From Bacteroidales bacterium (GTDB lineage Bacteria > Bacteroidota > Bacteroidia > Bacteroidales > F082): a stretch of 64,000 bases of DNA. The stretch spans positions 11,676-75,675 of the forward strand of contig JAKSMV010000008.1 of assembly GCA_024400425.1 (NCBI GenBank), read 5' to 3'. The notes under the pieces were generated by a model, which ran no database searches, had not been told where the DNA came from, and was given only the letters and a program-made list of their open reading frames with translations. Made by a program: the position numbers and the translations under genes. The stretch's first letter is position 1. Each line of letters opens with the position of its first letter. Positions 44,163 through 52,672 of this stretch are shown here, in pieces.

Positions 44163-45032
44163 ATGAAAAACGATTTATTTACCGAACAGCTGAAACAATC
44201 CACCGGATTCAGATTCTTCATCTATCTCATGCTACTTCTCATCTGCTCGCTACTGGGCAGTGCCATCAGCCTTTTCATGGCCATAGGCAACGATATCAAC
44301 CTCCTCAAGGCAGCACAAGGCATCAGTCATGCCATGATGTTCACCATTCCGCCTATTGTATTATACCTCATCACTCGCGAAAAGCCAATGCAAGAAATCG
44401 GCTTTAGGAGAATCAGCCCAATCTGGGCTTTCTTTGCCGGATTGGCCTTGATGTTCATCTCTCTGCCTATCACAAACTTACTCACCGTTTGGAACGAATC
44501 GATGAACTTTGGCGAAGCCTTCGCAAAGATTGAAGAATTGCTGAAAAGCATGGAAGAAGCCGCTGCCGCACTCACTGAGAGAATGCTCGATGTTGACACC
44601 ATAGGCGGCCTTCTCGTCAACTTGCTAGTCATTGCCTTGATTCCGGCCATCGGCGAAGAACTCACTTTCCGAGGTGTGCTCCAGCAGGCCTTGACGAAAG
44701 GCTGCAAGAACCCGCACGTTGCCATTATCCTCACGGCAGCCATCTTTTCCTTCATCCATCTGCAATTCTACGGCTTCTTCCCGCGCATGTTCCTCGGACT
44801 GATTCTAGGTTATATGTTCTATGCCACAGGATCGCTTTGGACCAGCATCGCCATGCATTTCCTGAACAACGGAACCGCAGTAGTGGTCTATTATCTCGAC
44901 AACAAAGGCATCATAGACGCCGACGTTGACTCTTTTGGAGCCACTAGCAATGTCTTGCTTGTCGTATTAAGTCTTGTTGCCACCGTAGCCATCATCGTAT
45001 TGGCATTACGGAAAAAGAAGGAAACCAAATAA
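44163..45032 (+). CDS. CPBP-family (CAAX) intramembrane glutamic endopeptidase
   Basis: ATG at 44163. Motifs EELTFRGVLQ, FSFIHL and HFLNN. Multi-TM. Confidence 0.82.
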   Translation: MKNDLFTEQLKQSTGFRFFIYLMLLLICSLLGSAISLFMAIGNDINLLKAAQGISHAMMFTIPPIVLYLITREKPMQEIGFRRISPIWAFFAGLALMFISLPITNLLTVWNESMNFGEAFAKIEELLKSMEEAAAALTERMLDVDTIGGLLVNLLVIALIPAIGEELTFRGVLQQALTKGCKNPHVAIILTAAIFSFIHLQFYGFFPRMFLGLILGYMFYATGSLWTSIAMHFLNNGTAVVVYYLDNKGIIDADVDSFGATSNVLLVVLSLVATVAIIVLALRKKKETK

Positions 45033-45064
45033 AAAAATGACGCATCCCTTTCAAGATGCGTCAT
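45030..45064 (-). terminator. terminator downstream of the T9SS thioredoxin-fold gene
   Basis: ATGACGCATC-CCTTTCAA-GATGCGTCAT. The A7 on its left gives a U-run on the minus strand. Confidence 0.65.
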
Positions 45065-45102
45065 TAGTTCAACTGATAGTGCCAAGAAAGGCAACAATCA
45101 TT

Positions 45103-46491
45103 TTAGTGTGTCACAACAAATCTGACAGCAGCACCATTATTGACTTTCACGAAATAGATACCATTTTCGTAGTTGCCAGTAGCAATCTTGCATTGCGTGC
45201 CTTCGCCGACAAATTCATCAACCTTTTGGCCTAATGCGTTGAAAACACTGACCGTGTTGAGTCCTTCGCCAGAAACAGTGACGAAATCACTGGCTGGATT
45301 TGGATAAACCACAAAGCTATTGACCGATTCAACAACACCGTCAACATCGGTATAGACTTCAACCAAAGTTGTTGCGCCCCAAACATCAGCGGCATTCTTA
45401 GCAGTGCCGAGTGCATAATAATAGGTGCTTGGTTCGAGATTGATCCATGTGAAACTTTCAGGTTCATAAGCCGGGAAGCCATCTTCACGGATTTCATCAG
45501 CAGCTGCTTCAGGGCCGATTTCATTATAATAGTCAACAGTGATGAAGCCATAGTGATATTCGGCTACTTCTGAATTCGGGACTGCATTGATTGTAGCCTC
45601 AGTGTTTGAAATCAAGTCAACGGTAAGATCAACGAGAGCTTCTCCTGTACCACCTTGGCTTGCAGTAGTGACGTTTTCCTTGATTGCTTCATAAGCATTT
45701 CCATCTGCATCGATCGGGACAACATAGATGGTGTATTCAGTAGCAGGCTGTTGTTCAGTCCAAGTGTAAGTGGTTTCTTCAGTGGTTTGAAGGCCCCACA
45801 TCTGGATGAGCTGTTCCAGCGTTGCGCCCATCATCTGTTGCCACATCTGCATTTCACTTTCGGTGCCAAGCAAGTACCATAATGAAGCGCAATCAGAATT
45901 GGGTGTGAAGGTTGCTTCAATAGTTGTTGCAGTGACTTCGCCAACAGTGATTTCTACTTGTGGGTCAGGGGCAGGAGCATCGCAGTCATGTTCCTGGATA
46001 CCGTAGGCAGCCAGTTGGTCAACGATTGTTTGTGAATTGTTTATAGGCCACAAGTCATTGATGGAAATATGGTGGTCTGGAGTAATAAGAATTACGGTTG
46101 GGTAAGCGGTGATTCCGTATTGTGAGCAGATGTCATGACCGCCACCAGCCGTACTAATGGTAGGATATTCGATGCCATAAGTATTACACCAAGTCTGACA
46201 TGCAGCATCACCATCTGATGTGCTGATTTCCATAAAGAACACATCGTGCATGTTGCAACCAAGACGGGTGTAAGCCTCGGCAACTTTCGGAGCGGCCTGA
46301 TTGCAAGGACCGCAAGTGGTGTAGAAGAAGTCGATGAGCACGCTTTGACCATGATCGAGGATGTCGAACAAATGGACTTCGGTGCCGTGACAATCAACAG
46401 CGGTAAAGTCAATAGCTTCAGAATGAGGACATTGTGCTTTCAGACCAAAACTGAAAACAACAGCTGCAAGAAGTAGTAATGCTTTTTTCAT
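45103..46491 (-). CDS. thioredoxin-fold (TlpA/redoxin-like, CGPC) protein with Ig/Fn3-like spacer and T9SS C-terminal sorting domain
   Basis: Signal peptide MKKALLLLAAVVFSFGLKAQ. Motifs VLIDFFYTTCGPCNQAAP and YPTVILITPD (cis-Pro loop). CTD: VVYPNPASDFVTVSG...GIYFVKVNNGAAVRFVVTH. Confidence 0.78.
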   Translation of the reverse strand: MKKALLLLAAVVFSFGLKAQCPHSEAIDFTAVDCHGTEVHLFDILDHGQSVLIDFFYTTCGPCNQAAPKVAEAYTRLGCNMHDVFFMEISTSDGDAACQTWCNTYGIEYPTISTAGGGHDICSQYGITAYPTVILITPDHHISINDLWPINNSQTIVDQLAAYGIQEHDCDAPAPDPQVEITVGEVTATTIEATFTPNSDCASLWYLLGTESEMQMWQQMMGATLEQLIQMWGLQTTEETTYTWTEQQPATEYTIYVVPIDADGNAYEAIKENVTTASQGGTGEALVDLTVDLISNTEATINAVPNSEVAEYHYGFITVDYYNEIGPEAAADEIREDGFPAYEPESFTWINLEPSTYYYALGTAKNAADVWGATTLVEVYTDVDGVVESVNSFVVYPNPASDFVTVSGEGLNTVSVFNALGQKVDEFVGEGTQCKIATGNYENGIYFVKVNNGAAVRFVVTH

Positions 46492-46532
46492 AGTAGAATG
46501 AATTTAATGAATAATGATTTGAGAATTTGAGG

Positions 46533-46540
46533 CAAAGATA
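46533..46540 (-). promoter_or_regulatory. -7 box TATCTTTG (minus strand) for the thioredoxin-fold gene
   Basis: Matches TAnnTTTG about 42 nt upstream of ATG 46491. Confidence 0.5.
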
Positions 46541-46584
46541 GTTATTTAGTAGTGAAGTGCAACAATAATTTGTTTTGATTTTAC

Positions 46585-46634
46585 AAAAAAAGCCTATGTC
46601 ATACCGACGAAGGAAGGTATCTATAGGCTTTTTT
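46585..46634. terminator. long A/T-flanked hairpin (bidirectional-terminator-like)
   Basis: A7-GCCTAT-GTC-ATACC-GACGAAGGAA-GGTAT-CT-ATAGGC-T6. Confidence 0.55.
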
Positions 46635-46636
46635 GA

Positions 46637-46697
46637 GTGGAACAAATAACAATAGATTTCTTCCCTATGGTCGAAATGACATTGTTATTTGTTCCAC
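46637..46697. repeat. perfect 17-bp inverted repeat GTGGAACAAATAACAAT / ATTGTTATTTGTTCCAC separated by 27 nt
   Basis: Left arm 46637..46653, right arm 46681..46697, verified base by base. Confidence 0.9.
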
Positions 46698-46724
46698 CTA
46701 AATCAAAACAAACTCTAAATAATG

Positions 46725-46757
46725 TAAAAAAAGGATGCCAGATGGCATCCTTTTTTA
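46725..46757 (-). terminator. rho-independent terminator of the exbB-exbD operon
   Basis: A7-GGATGCC-AGAT-GGCATCC-T6. Confidence 0.8.
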
Positions 46758-46781
46758 CATATTGACAATTTATGAAATGTC

Positions 46782-47249
46782 TTAGTTCTCGAGAGCACTG
46801 CCCTTCAAGGTCGTGTAGTTGATACGGAAGGCACCAACCTTACGAAGCTCTTGTTTCACGTCGGTCACGACACCCATACGGGTCTCTTTGTGCACCTTCA
46901 GGGCGGTGGTCAACAGAGGGCGGTCAGCCTCATTGCGTGATTCGCGTTCTTTCAGCACCCAGTCAGCGATATCGTCAGGACGAGCGAAAGCATCGTCAAG
47001 TTGGATACGTGATTCGGTACCGAGTTTGGTGTCACGCGGAGGGCCGATGTAGATGCTGCAAACCAAGGCTTTGTGTTCGAGCTTCTGGATTTCAGAAGCC
47101 TTAGGCATAGAGGTTTTCACCTTCAGTTCGACGTCACGCATTGTTGTCGTAATCATGAAGAAGAAGATCAACATGTAAACGATGTCAGGCAAGGATGAGG
47201 TGCTCACTTGTGGCACTTCCTTACTACCAGATTTTCTGAATTTACCCAT
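46782..47249 (-). CDS. exbD: ExbD/TolR-family biopolymer transport protein
   Basis: LPDIVYMLIFFFMITTTM TM helix plus a periplasmic domain. Last gene of the exbB cluster. Confidence 0.85.
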   Translation of the reverse strand: MGKFRKSGSKEVPQVSTSSLPDIVYMLIFFFMITTTMRDVELKVKTSMPKASEIQKLEHKALVCSIYIGPPRDTKLGTESRIQLDDAFARPDDIADWVLKERESRNEADRPLLTTALKVHKETRMGVVTDVKQELRKVGAFRINYTTLKGSALEN

Positions 47250-47260
47250 GATATTCCTCC

Positions 47261-47830
47261 TTATTGTTTAATGATTTCGACAGGTTCAGCTTCACTGACA
47301 CGTACTGGGACGGCTTCGTTGATAGCCTTTTCTTGGTCTGCGTTGAGGTCGGCTAAGTGCTTGTGCAGTCTCTGCCAAGCCATTTCTTCCTTCAGTTCGT
47401 TGAAGGCACGTGCCAACTCATTCTGCACACTGATATACATAGCATACGATGTACCGCGGTCATTCTGCAAGGAAATGACACCCTTCGACATTGGGACGGA
47501 ACCCAGGAGTTCGACATCCTTGAAATCGACTTCAGGAGCCGTTGGGTCGTTTGGACGTGGGGTCATGAATTCCTTGGCTTGGTCCTTCAGCAACGAGATG
47601 TCGGAAGGACGGCCATTGACCAACAGTCTATCGTTTTTGTTAACCAAAACATTCATCACATTTCTTTCCTTGACCTTCACGTCCTCGTCGTTTTGCTCGA
47701 CAGGAGGGGGAAGACGACGGGTGATACCGTAGTCAACGTCCATAGAGGTCGTCATCAGGAAGAAACACAATAGCAAGAATGCTATGTCAGCCTGCGAACT
47801 CGAGTTAATTTCTGGAACTTTCTTGGCCAT
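47261..47830 (-). CDS. exbD: ExbD/TolR-family biopolymer transport protein
   Basis: INSSSQADIAFLLLCFFLMTTSM is a typical ExbD N-terminus. Confidence 0.85.
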   Translation of the reverse strand: MAKKVPEINSSSQADIAFLLLCFFLMTTSMDVDYGITRRLPPPVEQNDEDVKVKERNVMNVLVNKNDRLLVNGRPSDISLLKDQAKEFMTPRPNDPTAPEVDFKDVELLGSVPMSKGVISLQNDRGTSYAMYISVQNELARAFNELKEEMAWQRLHKHLADLNADQEKAINEAVPVRVSEAEPVEIIKQ

Positions 47831-47845
47831 GATGAAGTGTTTTGA

Positions 47846-48271
47846 TTATTTACCTGATTTGATAACTGAATAGAGAATAGTTAAGATGCTAACTCCAAGG
47901 GTTACATAGAAGAAATCGAGGCCGAATTCGACCAAGCCGTGGGTCTTGCCCGAGTAGAGGGTGTCACCAGCTTGATAAGGGATGTCGAAGAAGCCTTTTG
48001 CCATAATGAAAGCTACAACTCCAATAACAACGATTGCACCGATTGCAATTAAGATCTTCTTTGTGTTGACACCTTTGACGATGCCACCAAAGATAGCAGA
48101 AACCAATGCGAGGACGATGCCAAGTATAATCAAGATGTAGCCCCAATTCAGGATAACTGAAGTGCGTGCTTCACTTTCGAGGTCAAGGTAGAAATAGACT
48201 GCCAAGCCCACAGTGATGATTGCCAACACTGCAAATACCCATTTTCCGATATTTGAAAGCTTACCGTTCAT
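47846..48271 (-). CDS. hypothetical 4-TM membrane protein within the exbB-exbD cluster
   Basis: Four hydrophobic helices, no recognisable motif. Tight spacing with its neighbours. Confidence 0.5.
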   Translation of the reverse strand: MNGKLSNIGKWVFAVLAIITVGLAVYFYLDLESEARTSVILNWGYILIILGIVLALVSAIFGGIVKGVNTKKILIAIGAIVVIGVVAFIMAKGFFDIPYQAGDTLYSGKTHGLVEFGLDFFYVTLGVSILTILYSVIKSGK

Positions 48272-48283
48272 GATTATTACTTA

Positions 48284-49120
48284 TTACTTTTTGTTGTACT
48301 TAACGAGGATATCCATGAAGCTGATGGAAGCATTTTCCATGTCGCTGGTGATGGATTCGATTTTTGAAGCGATGAGGTTGAAGAAAACTTGAAGGATGAT
48401 AGCTGCGATCAGACCGAACACGGTGGTCAACAGAGCGACCTTCATACCTGATGCAACGATGGTTGGGCTCATATCACCAGCAGCGGCGATATCATCGAAA
48501 GCCTGAATCATACCGATAACGGTACCCATGAAACCGAACATAGGAGCCAAGCTGATGCAGAGGCCGACCCAGCTCAGACCGCTTTCGAGCTTACCAGCTG
48601 AAACGGCACCGTAGCTAACGAGTGACTTTTCAACATCTTCGAGTGATTGACCATCTTGGTAACGGATAAGACCTTGGGTGAAAATGCTTGCCACAGGACC
48701 GCGGGTGTCTTTGCAGAGTTGCTTTGCACCTTCGATGTCGCCAGCTTGCATCTTAGCTTCGATGCCCTTCAGGAGCTTCTCGGAGTTGGCATCAGCCATG
48801 GTCAGATAAATGATTCTTTCAATTGAGATTGCCATACCGAGCAGCAGGATGACCAACACGATGCCCATGAAACCAGGACCACCGTCGATGAACTGCTTCT
48901 TGATGGATTCACGGAAAGTCAAAGGAGCTTCTTCTGAAACAGGAGCAGCTTCAACGACTTCTTCTTCGACTGCCGGAGCAACTTCAGGTTGCGTGGCTTC
49001 TTCTGAAACAACTTGTTCGGTTGCTTCTGGTGCTTGCTGCTCTTCCTGAGCAACAACGAGATTGCTGATACCAAAGGTCAGGAAACCAGCAACCATGAGT
49101 AAAGCAAATAATTTTTTCAT
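48284..49120 (-). CDS. exbB: MotA/TolQ/ExbB proton-channel protein
   Basis: ATG at 49120 (MKKLFALLMVAGFLTFG); the track's longer ORF overlaps tRNA-Ser. It has an acidic periplasmic stretch. Also GLSWVGLCISLAPMFGFMGTVIGMIQAF. Confidence 0.88.
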   Translation of the reverse strand: MKKLFALLMVAGFLTFGISNLVVAQEEQQAPEATEQVVSEEATQPEVAPAVEEEVVEAAPVSEEAPLTFRESIKKQFIDGGPGFMGIVLVILLLGMAISIERIIYLTMADANSEKLLKGIEAKMQAGDIEGAKQLCKDTRGPVASIFTQGLIRYQDGQSLEDVEKSLVSYGAVSAGKLESGLSWVGLCISLAPMFGFMGTVIGMIQAFDDIAAAGDMSPTIVASGMKVALLTTVFGLIAAIILQVFFNLIASKIESITSDMENASISFMDILVKYNKK

Positions 49121-49192
49121 AGTGAAATTTGAATAATTTTGATTATTACTTTTATGAATTAATTTGTTTCTAAATTGACTTTCAATCGTTTG

Positions 49193-49280
49193 CGGAGAGA
49201 GCGGGATTCGAACCCGCGGTACCCTTTTGAAGTACACACACTTTCCAGGCGTGCTCCTTAAACCACTCGGACATCTCTCC
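49193..49280 (-). tRNA. tRNA-Ser (GGA)
   Basis: Hand-folded 88 nt: GGAGAGA acceptor, anticodon arm CACGC-CTGGAAA-GTGTG, long variable arm GTAC...GTAC, T-loop GGTTCGAATCC. Confidence 0.9.
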
Positions 49281-49410
49281 CTGTTTCACCTCTATCTACA
49301 CCACGCGAAAAAACGTTGCGAAAGTACGCTTTTTTTCAATCGAAAATGCAAATATCTACATTTTTTCTTCGATGGAAATCACAATTGGCTGATAAATAGG
49401 GCAAAAGATT

Positions 49411-50445
49411 TCATATCGACATTTCGCCACGAATCGATTTCTGCAGCGCTTGTTTGATTCTTTCGTCCGACAAACCCTCTCCAAGCAAGTACATGAGTTT
49501 GGTTACGGCGGCTTCCGTCGTCATGTCGTGACCACTGACCACACCTATTTGCCCCATGCCGAGACTGGTTTCGTAGCGTCCCATCTCGACTGAGCCCGAC
49601 TCGCATTGCGTAATATTCAGTACGATCAGTCCCTTGTCGATGGCCTCTTTCAAGGCATTGAGGAACCAAGGAGCGGTGGTGGCATTGCCAGAGCCAAAAG
49701 TCTCCAAAACGATGGCCTTCAAGCCTGGCGCCGAAAGGCAGTGACGCACAAACGATTCCGATATGCCAGGGAACATCTTCAAGATGCCCACGTTGCCATC
49801 CAAATTCTTGTGGACCTTAAGCTTCCTGAAATTGGGTTTGAAGATCTTTTCCTTATTATATTTGATATGAACTCCCACATCGGCAAGATTCTGGAAATTG
49901 AACGAAGCGAAAGCGTCGAAATCCTCAGCATTGAACTTTGTCGTGCGGTTTCCACGCAGCAACTGGCTTTGGAAGAAGATGCACACTTCGGGAACGATGG
50001 CGACATCGTCCTCACGGGCGGCAGCAATCTCGATGGCGGCAAGGAAATTCTCACGGCCATCGGTGCGGACCATTCCCATCGGAAGTTGCGAACCCGTCAA
50101 AACCACCGGCTTGTTGAGGTTTTCGAGCATGAAACTCAATGCCGAAGCGGTGTAGGCCATCGTATCAGAGCCATGAAGGACTACAAAGCCATCGTATTGT
50201 TCGTAATTCTCCTCGATTTTCTCAGCCAGGCGAAGCCAAAAGGCAGGATCCATATTGGATGAGTCAATCAGAGGGTCGAAAGAAAAGAAATCTATCTTAT
50301 AACCTAATGTGCGCAATACGGGAAAATGCGTGTAGATATTGCCAAAGTCGAACGGCACCAATGCGCCCGTCTTCGGGTCTTGCATCATGCCTATCGTGCC
50401 TCCCGTGTAAAGCACTAGAATGGATATTTCTTCACGTTGTATCAT
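49411..50445 (-). CDS. ansA: type I (cytoplasmic) L-asparaginase
   Basis: ILVLYTGGTIGM (TGGTIG catalytic motif) and HGSDTMAYTASAL. Confidence 0.9.
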   Translation of the reverse strand: MIQREEISILVLYTGGTIGMMQDPKTGALVPFDFGNIYTHFPVLRTLGYKIDFFSFDPLIDSSNMDPAFWLRLAEKIEENYEQYDGFVVLHGSDTMAYTASALSFMLENLNKPVVLTGSQLPMGMVRTDGRENFLAAIEIAAAREDDVAIVPEVCIFFQSQLLRGNRTTKFNAEDFDAFASFNFQNLADVGVHIKYNKEKIFKPNFRKLKVHKNLDGNVGILKMFPGISESFVRHCLSAPGLKAIVLETFGSGNATTAPWFLNALKEAIDKGLIVLNITQCESGSVEMGRYETSLGMGQIGVVSGHDMTTEAAVTKLMYLLGEGLSDERIKQALQKSIRGEMSI

Positions 50446-50469
50446 TGTTGTTGAATTGTTTGACTAATT

Positions 50470-50611
50470 GACTTGGGGACTGGGGGACTTAGGGACTGTG
50501 TGGGATGCTGAGCGGATCCGAAGCATTGACTTTGTGACTATGAGACTGTGTGGGATGCTGAGCGGAGCCGAAGCATTGATTTTTAGATGTTTGACTTAGG
50601 GACTGTGTGGA
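50470..50611. repeat. intercistronic direct repeats (36-bp unit x2, 18-bp unit x2, ACTTRGGG-type short tandem)
   Basis: GACTGTGTGGGATGCTGAGCGGA(T/G)CCGAAGCATTGA occurs at 50494..50529 and 50544..50579 with 1 mismatch. GACTTAGGGACTGTGTGG occurs at 50486..50503 and 50593..50610. Confidence 0.88.
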
Positions 50612-50612
50612 T

Positions 50613-51392
50613 TTATGGACAGTTTGTCAGATTAAATAAAACAGAAGCGTTATGGGTTGTAATTTCAGCGATTTCCTCAAGGGGACGTTGCGTTATCTCG
50701 GCGATTTTCCTTGCGGTATCAGCCAAGAAAGCCGGTTCGTTGCGTTTGCCTCGATGCGGGACAGGTGCAAGATAAGGTGCATCGGTTTCGAGTACGATAC
50801 GCTCCAAGGGCAGTTCGGCCAAGAAATCCTTGACAGGGCAGCTCTTATAGGTCGTCACTCCGCCTAAACCGAGATGGAAACCTAAATCGAGATAGGCTTG
50901 GGCCTCGTCGCGGGTCCCGTTGAAGCAATGCATTATGCCACACAAGCCGCCATCTTGTTTCTTTTCCAAAACAGCACGCATCTTGCCGAAAGCATTGCGG
51001 GCATGGATGGAAACTGGCAGACCTAACTGCTTTGCCCAATCCAGCTGAAGTTCGAAAGCTTCAACCTGCTGCTTTTCGAAGGTCGTGTCCCAATAGAAAT
51101 CCAGGCCGATTTCGCCTACACCTATATAAATATCCCGTTCCAGCTCCTTCTCGATTTGGGCCAGCACTTTCTTGTAGTCGTCACGCACCTCCTCAGGCTG
51201 CAAACCCATCATCACGCGACAATGGTCAGGAAACTGCCCGAAAGTATCAAGCATTGGCGTTATAGTTGTGGCATCGACATTCGGGAGCAACATCATTTGC
51301 ACACCGTTATCCACGGCACGCTGCACCACTTCGCTGCGGTCGGCATCGAATTCCTTATCGTAGATATGCGTATGTGTATCAATAAATTGCAT
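50613..51392 (-). CDS. tatD: TatD-family metal-dependent hydrolase (DNase)
   Basis: ATG at 51392 (MQFIDTHTHIYD); the track start is a TTG. Confidence 0.88.
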   Translation of the reverse strand: MQFIDTHTHIYDKEFDADRSEVVQRAVDNGVQMMLLPNVDATTITPMLDTFGQFPDHCRVMMGLQPEEVRDDYKKVLAQIEKELERDIYIGVGEIGLDFYWDTTFEKQQVEAFELQLDWAKQLGLPVSIHARNAFGKMRAVLEKKQDGGLCGIMHCFNGTRDEAQAYLDLGFHLGLGGVTTYKSCPVKDFLAELPLERIVLETDAPYLAPVPHRGKRNEPAFLADTARKIAEITQRPLEEIAEITTHNASVLFNLTNCP

Positions 51393-51394
51393 AA

Positions 51395-52588
51395 TCAATA
51401 CAGAAAATTGTCGTAAGGATAACGTATGGCGTGCATGTCGCGGATTTCCTTATAGAGCAAGTCGCGAAATTCTTGGTAGTTGTCGCGATTCTTGGCGGAG
51501 ATGAAGATGCAGTTGTCGTTCATCTTAGCCATCCAAGTGCGCTTCAGCTCATCGTATGAGACATTGCGTTTGGTGGCTGGCGTAAGGTCGTCGGGGTCTT
51601 TCTCATCCCAAGTGTAGGCGTCAATCTTATTGAAAACCATAATGATTTTCTTGTCGGAAGCGCCCAACTCGGCCAAGGTCTGGTTGACCACTTCAATCTG
51701 CGACTCGAAATCGGGATGCGAAATATCTACAACGTGCAGCAATATATCCGACTCGCGCACTTCGTCGAGAGTAGATTTGAACGATTCCACCAAGCCATGC
51801 GGCAACTTGCGGATGAAACCTACAGTATCGGAAAGCAAGAAAGGCAAGTTTTCGACCACCACCTTACGCACCGTAGTGTCGAGCGTGGCAAAAAGCTTGT
51901 TTTCGGTATATACTTCGCTCTTGCTCAGCAGATTCATGATAGTGGATTTGCCCACATTGGTATAGCCTACCAGCGCCACACGCACCAACTTGCCGCGGTT
52001 TTTGCGTTGCACGGTCTTCTGCATGTCGATTTCCTTGAGTTTCTCCTTCAAATTGGAGATACGCTCCAAAATCAGTCGGCGGTCGGTCTCAATCTGGGTT
52101 TCACCCGGGCCGCGCATACCGATACCACCGCGTTGGCGTTCCAAGTGAGTCCACATACGGGTCAGACGGGGCAAAAGGTATTGATATTGTGCCAACTCCA
52201 CTTGAGCCTTGGCATGAGCCGTGTGGGCATTAGAGGCGAAAATGTCGAGTATCAGGCTGGTGCGGTCGAGGATGCGGCATTCCAAGGCGTTCTCGATGTT
52301 ACGGGTTTGGGTAGCGCTGAGTTCATCGTCAACGACTGCAAGCCCGATATTCTCCGCCTTGATGTATTGGTGTATTTCCTCAAGTTTGCCCGAGCCGAGG
52401 TACGTCACGCTGCTAGGTCGGTCCATGGCTTGCACAAAACGCGCCACTGGCACCCCGCCAGCCGTCTCCAAGAGGAAAGCTAGCTCGTCAAGATATTCTT
52501 CCGTGCGCTCACGGCTCTGTTCACGCGTTGCGGCAGCAATCAGAACGGCACGCTCCGGTATCTTCTCGTATGTTACAAAGTCTCCCAT
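51395..52588 (-). CDS. hflX: GTPase HflX
   Basis: G1 motif VGYTNVGKSTIMN, DTVGFI, NKID. The N-terminal HflX domain is also present. Confidence 0.93.
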   Translation of the reverse strand: MGDFVTYEKIPERAVLIAAATREQSRERTEEYLDELAFLLETAGGVPVARFVQAMDRPSSVTYLGSGKLEEIHQYIKAENIGLAVVDDELSATQTRNIENALECRILDRTSLILDIFASNAHTAHAKAQVELAQYQYLLPRLTRMWTHLERQRGGIGMRGPGETQIETDRRLILERISNLKEKLKEIDMQKTVQRKNRGKLVRVALVGYTNVGKSTIMNLLSKSEVYTENKLFATLDTTVRKVVVENLPFLLSDTVGFIRKLPHGLVESFKSTLDEVRESDILLHVVDISHPDFESQIEVVNQTLAELGASDKKIIMVFNKIDAYTWDEKDPDDLTPATKRNVSYDELKRTWMAKMNDNCIFISAKNRDNYQEFRDLLYKEIRDMHAIRYPYDNFLY

Positions 52589-52592
52589 TTTT

Positions 52593-52664
52593 CAGCTAAA
52601 GCTGTAAGCCGTAAGCTGTAAGCTGTAAGCTGCGGAATCGCAAGCTTATTGCTTATTGCTTAGG
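52593..52664. repeat. heptanucleotide repeat blocks (GCYGTAA)x4-5 and (GCTTATT/GCTTAGG)x3 in quasi-inverted arrangement
   Basis: Units GCTGTAA GCCGTAA GCTGTAA GCTGTAA GCTGCGG at 52601..52635. Units GCTTATT GCTTATT GCTTAGG at 52644..52664. Together they fill nearly the whole trpS-hflX spacer. Confidence 0.85.
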
Positions 52665-52672
52665 CTTAAAGC

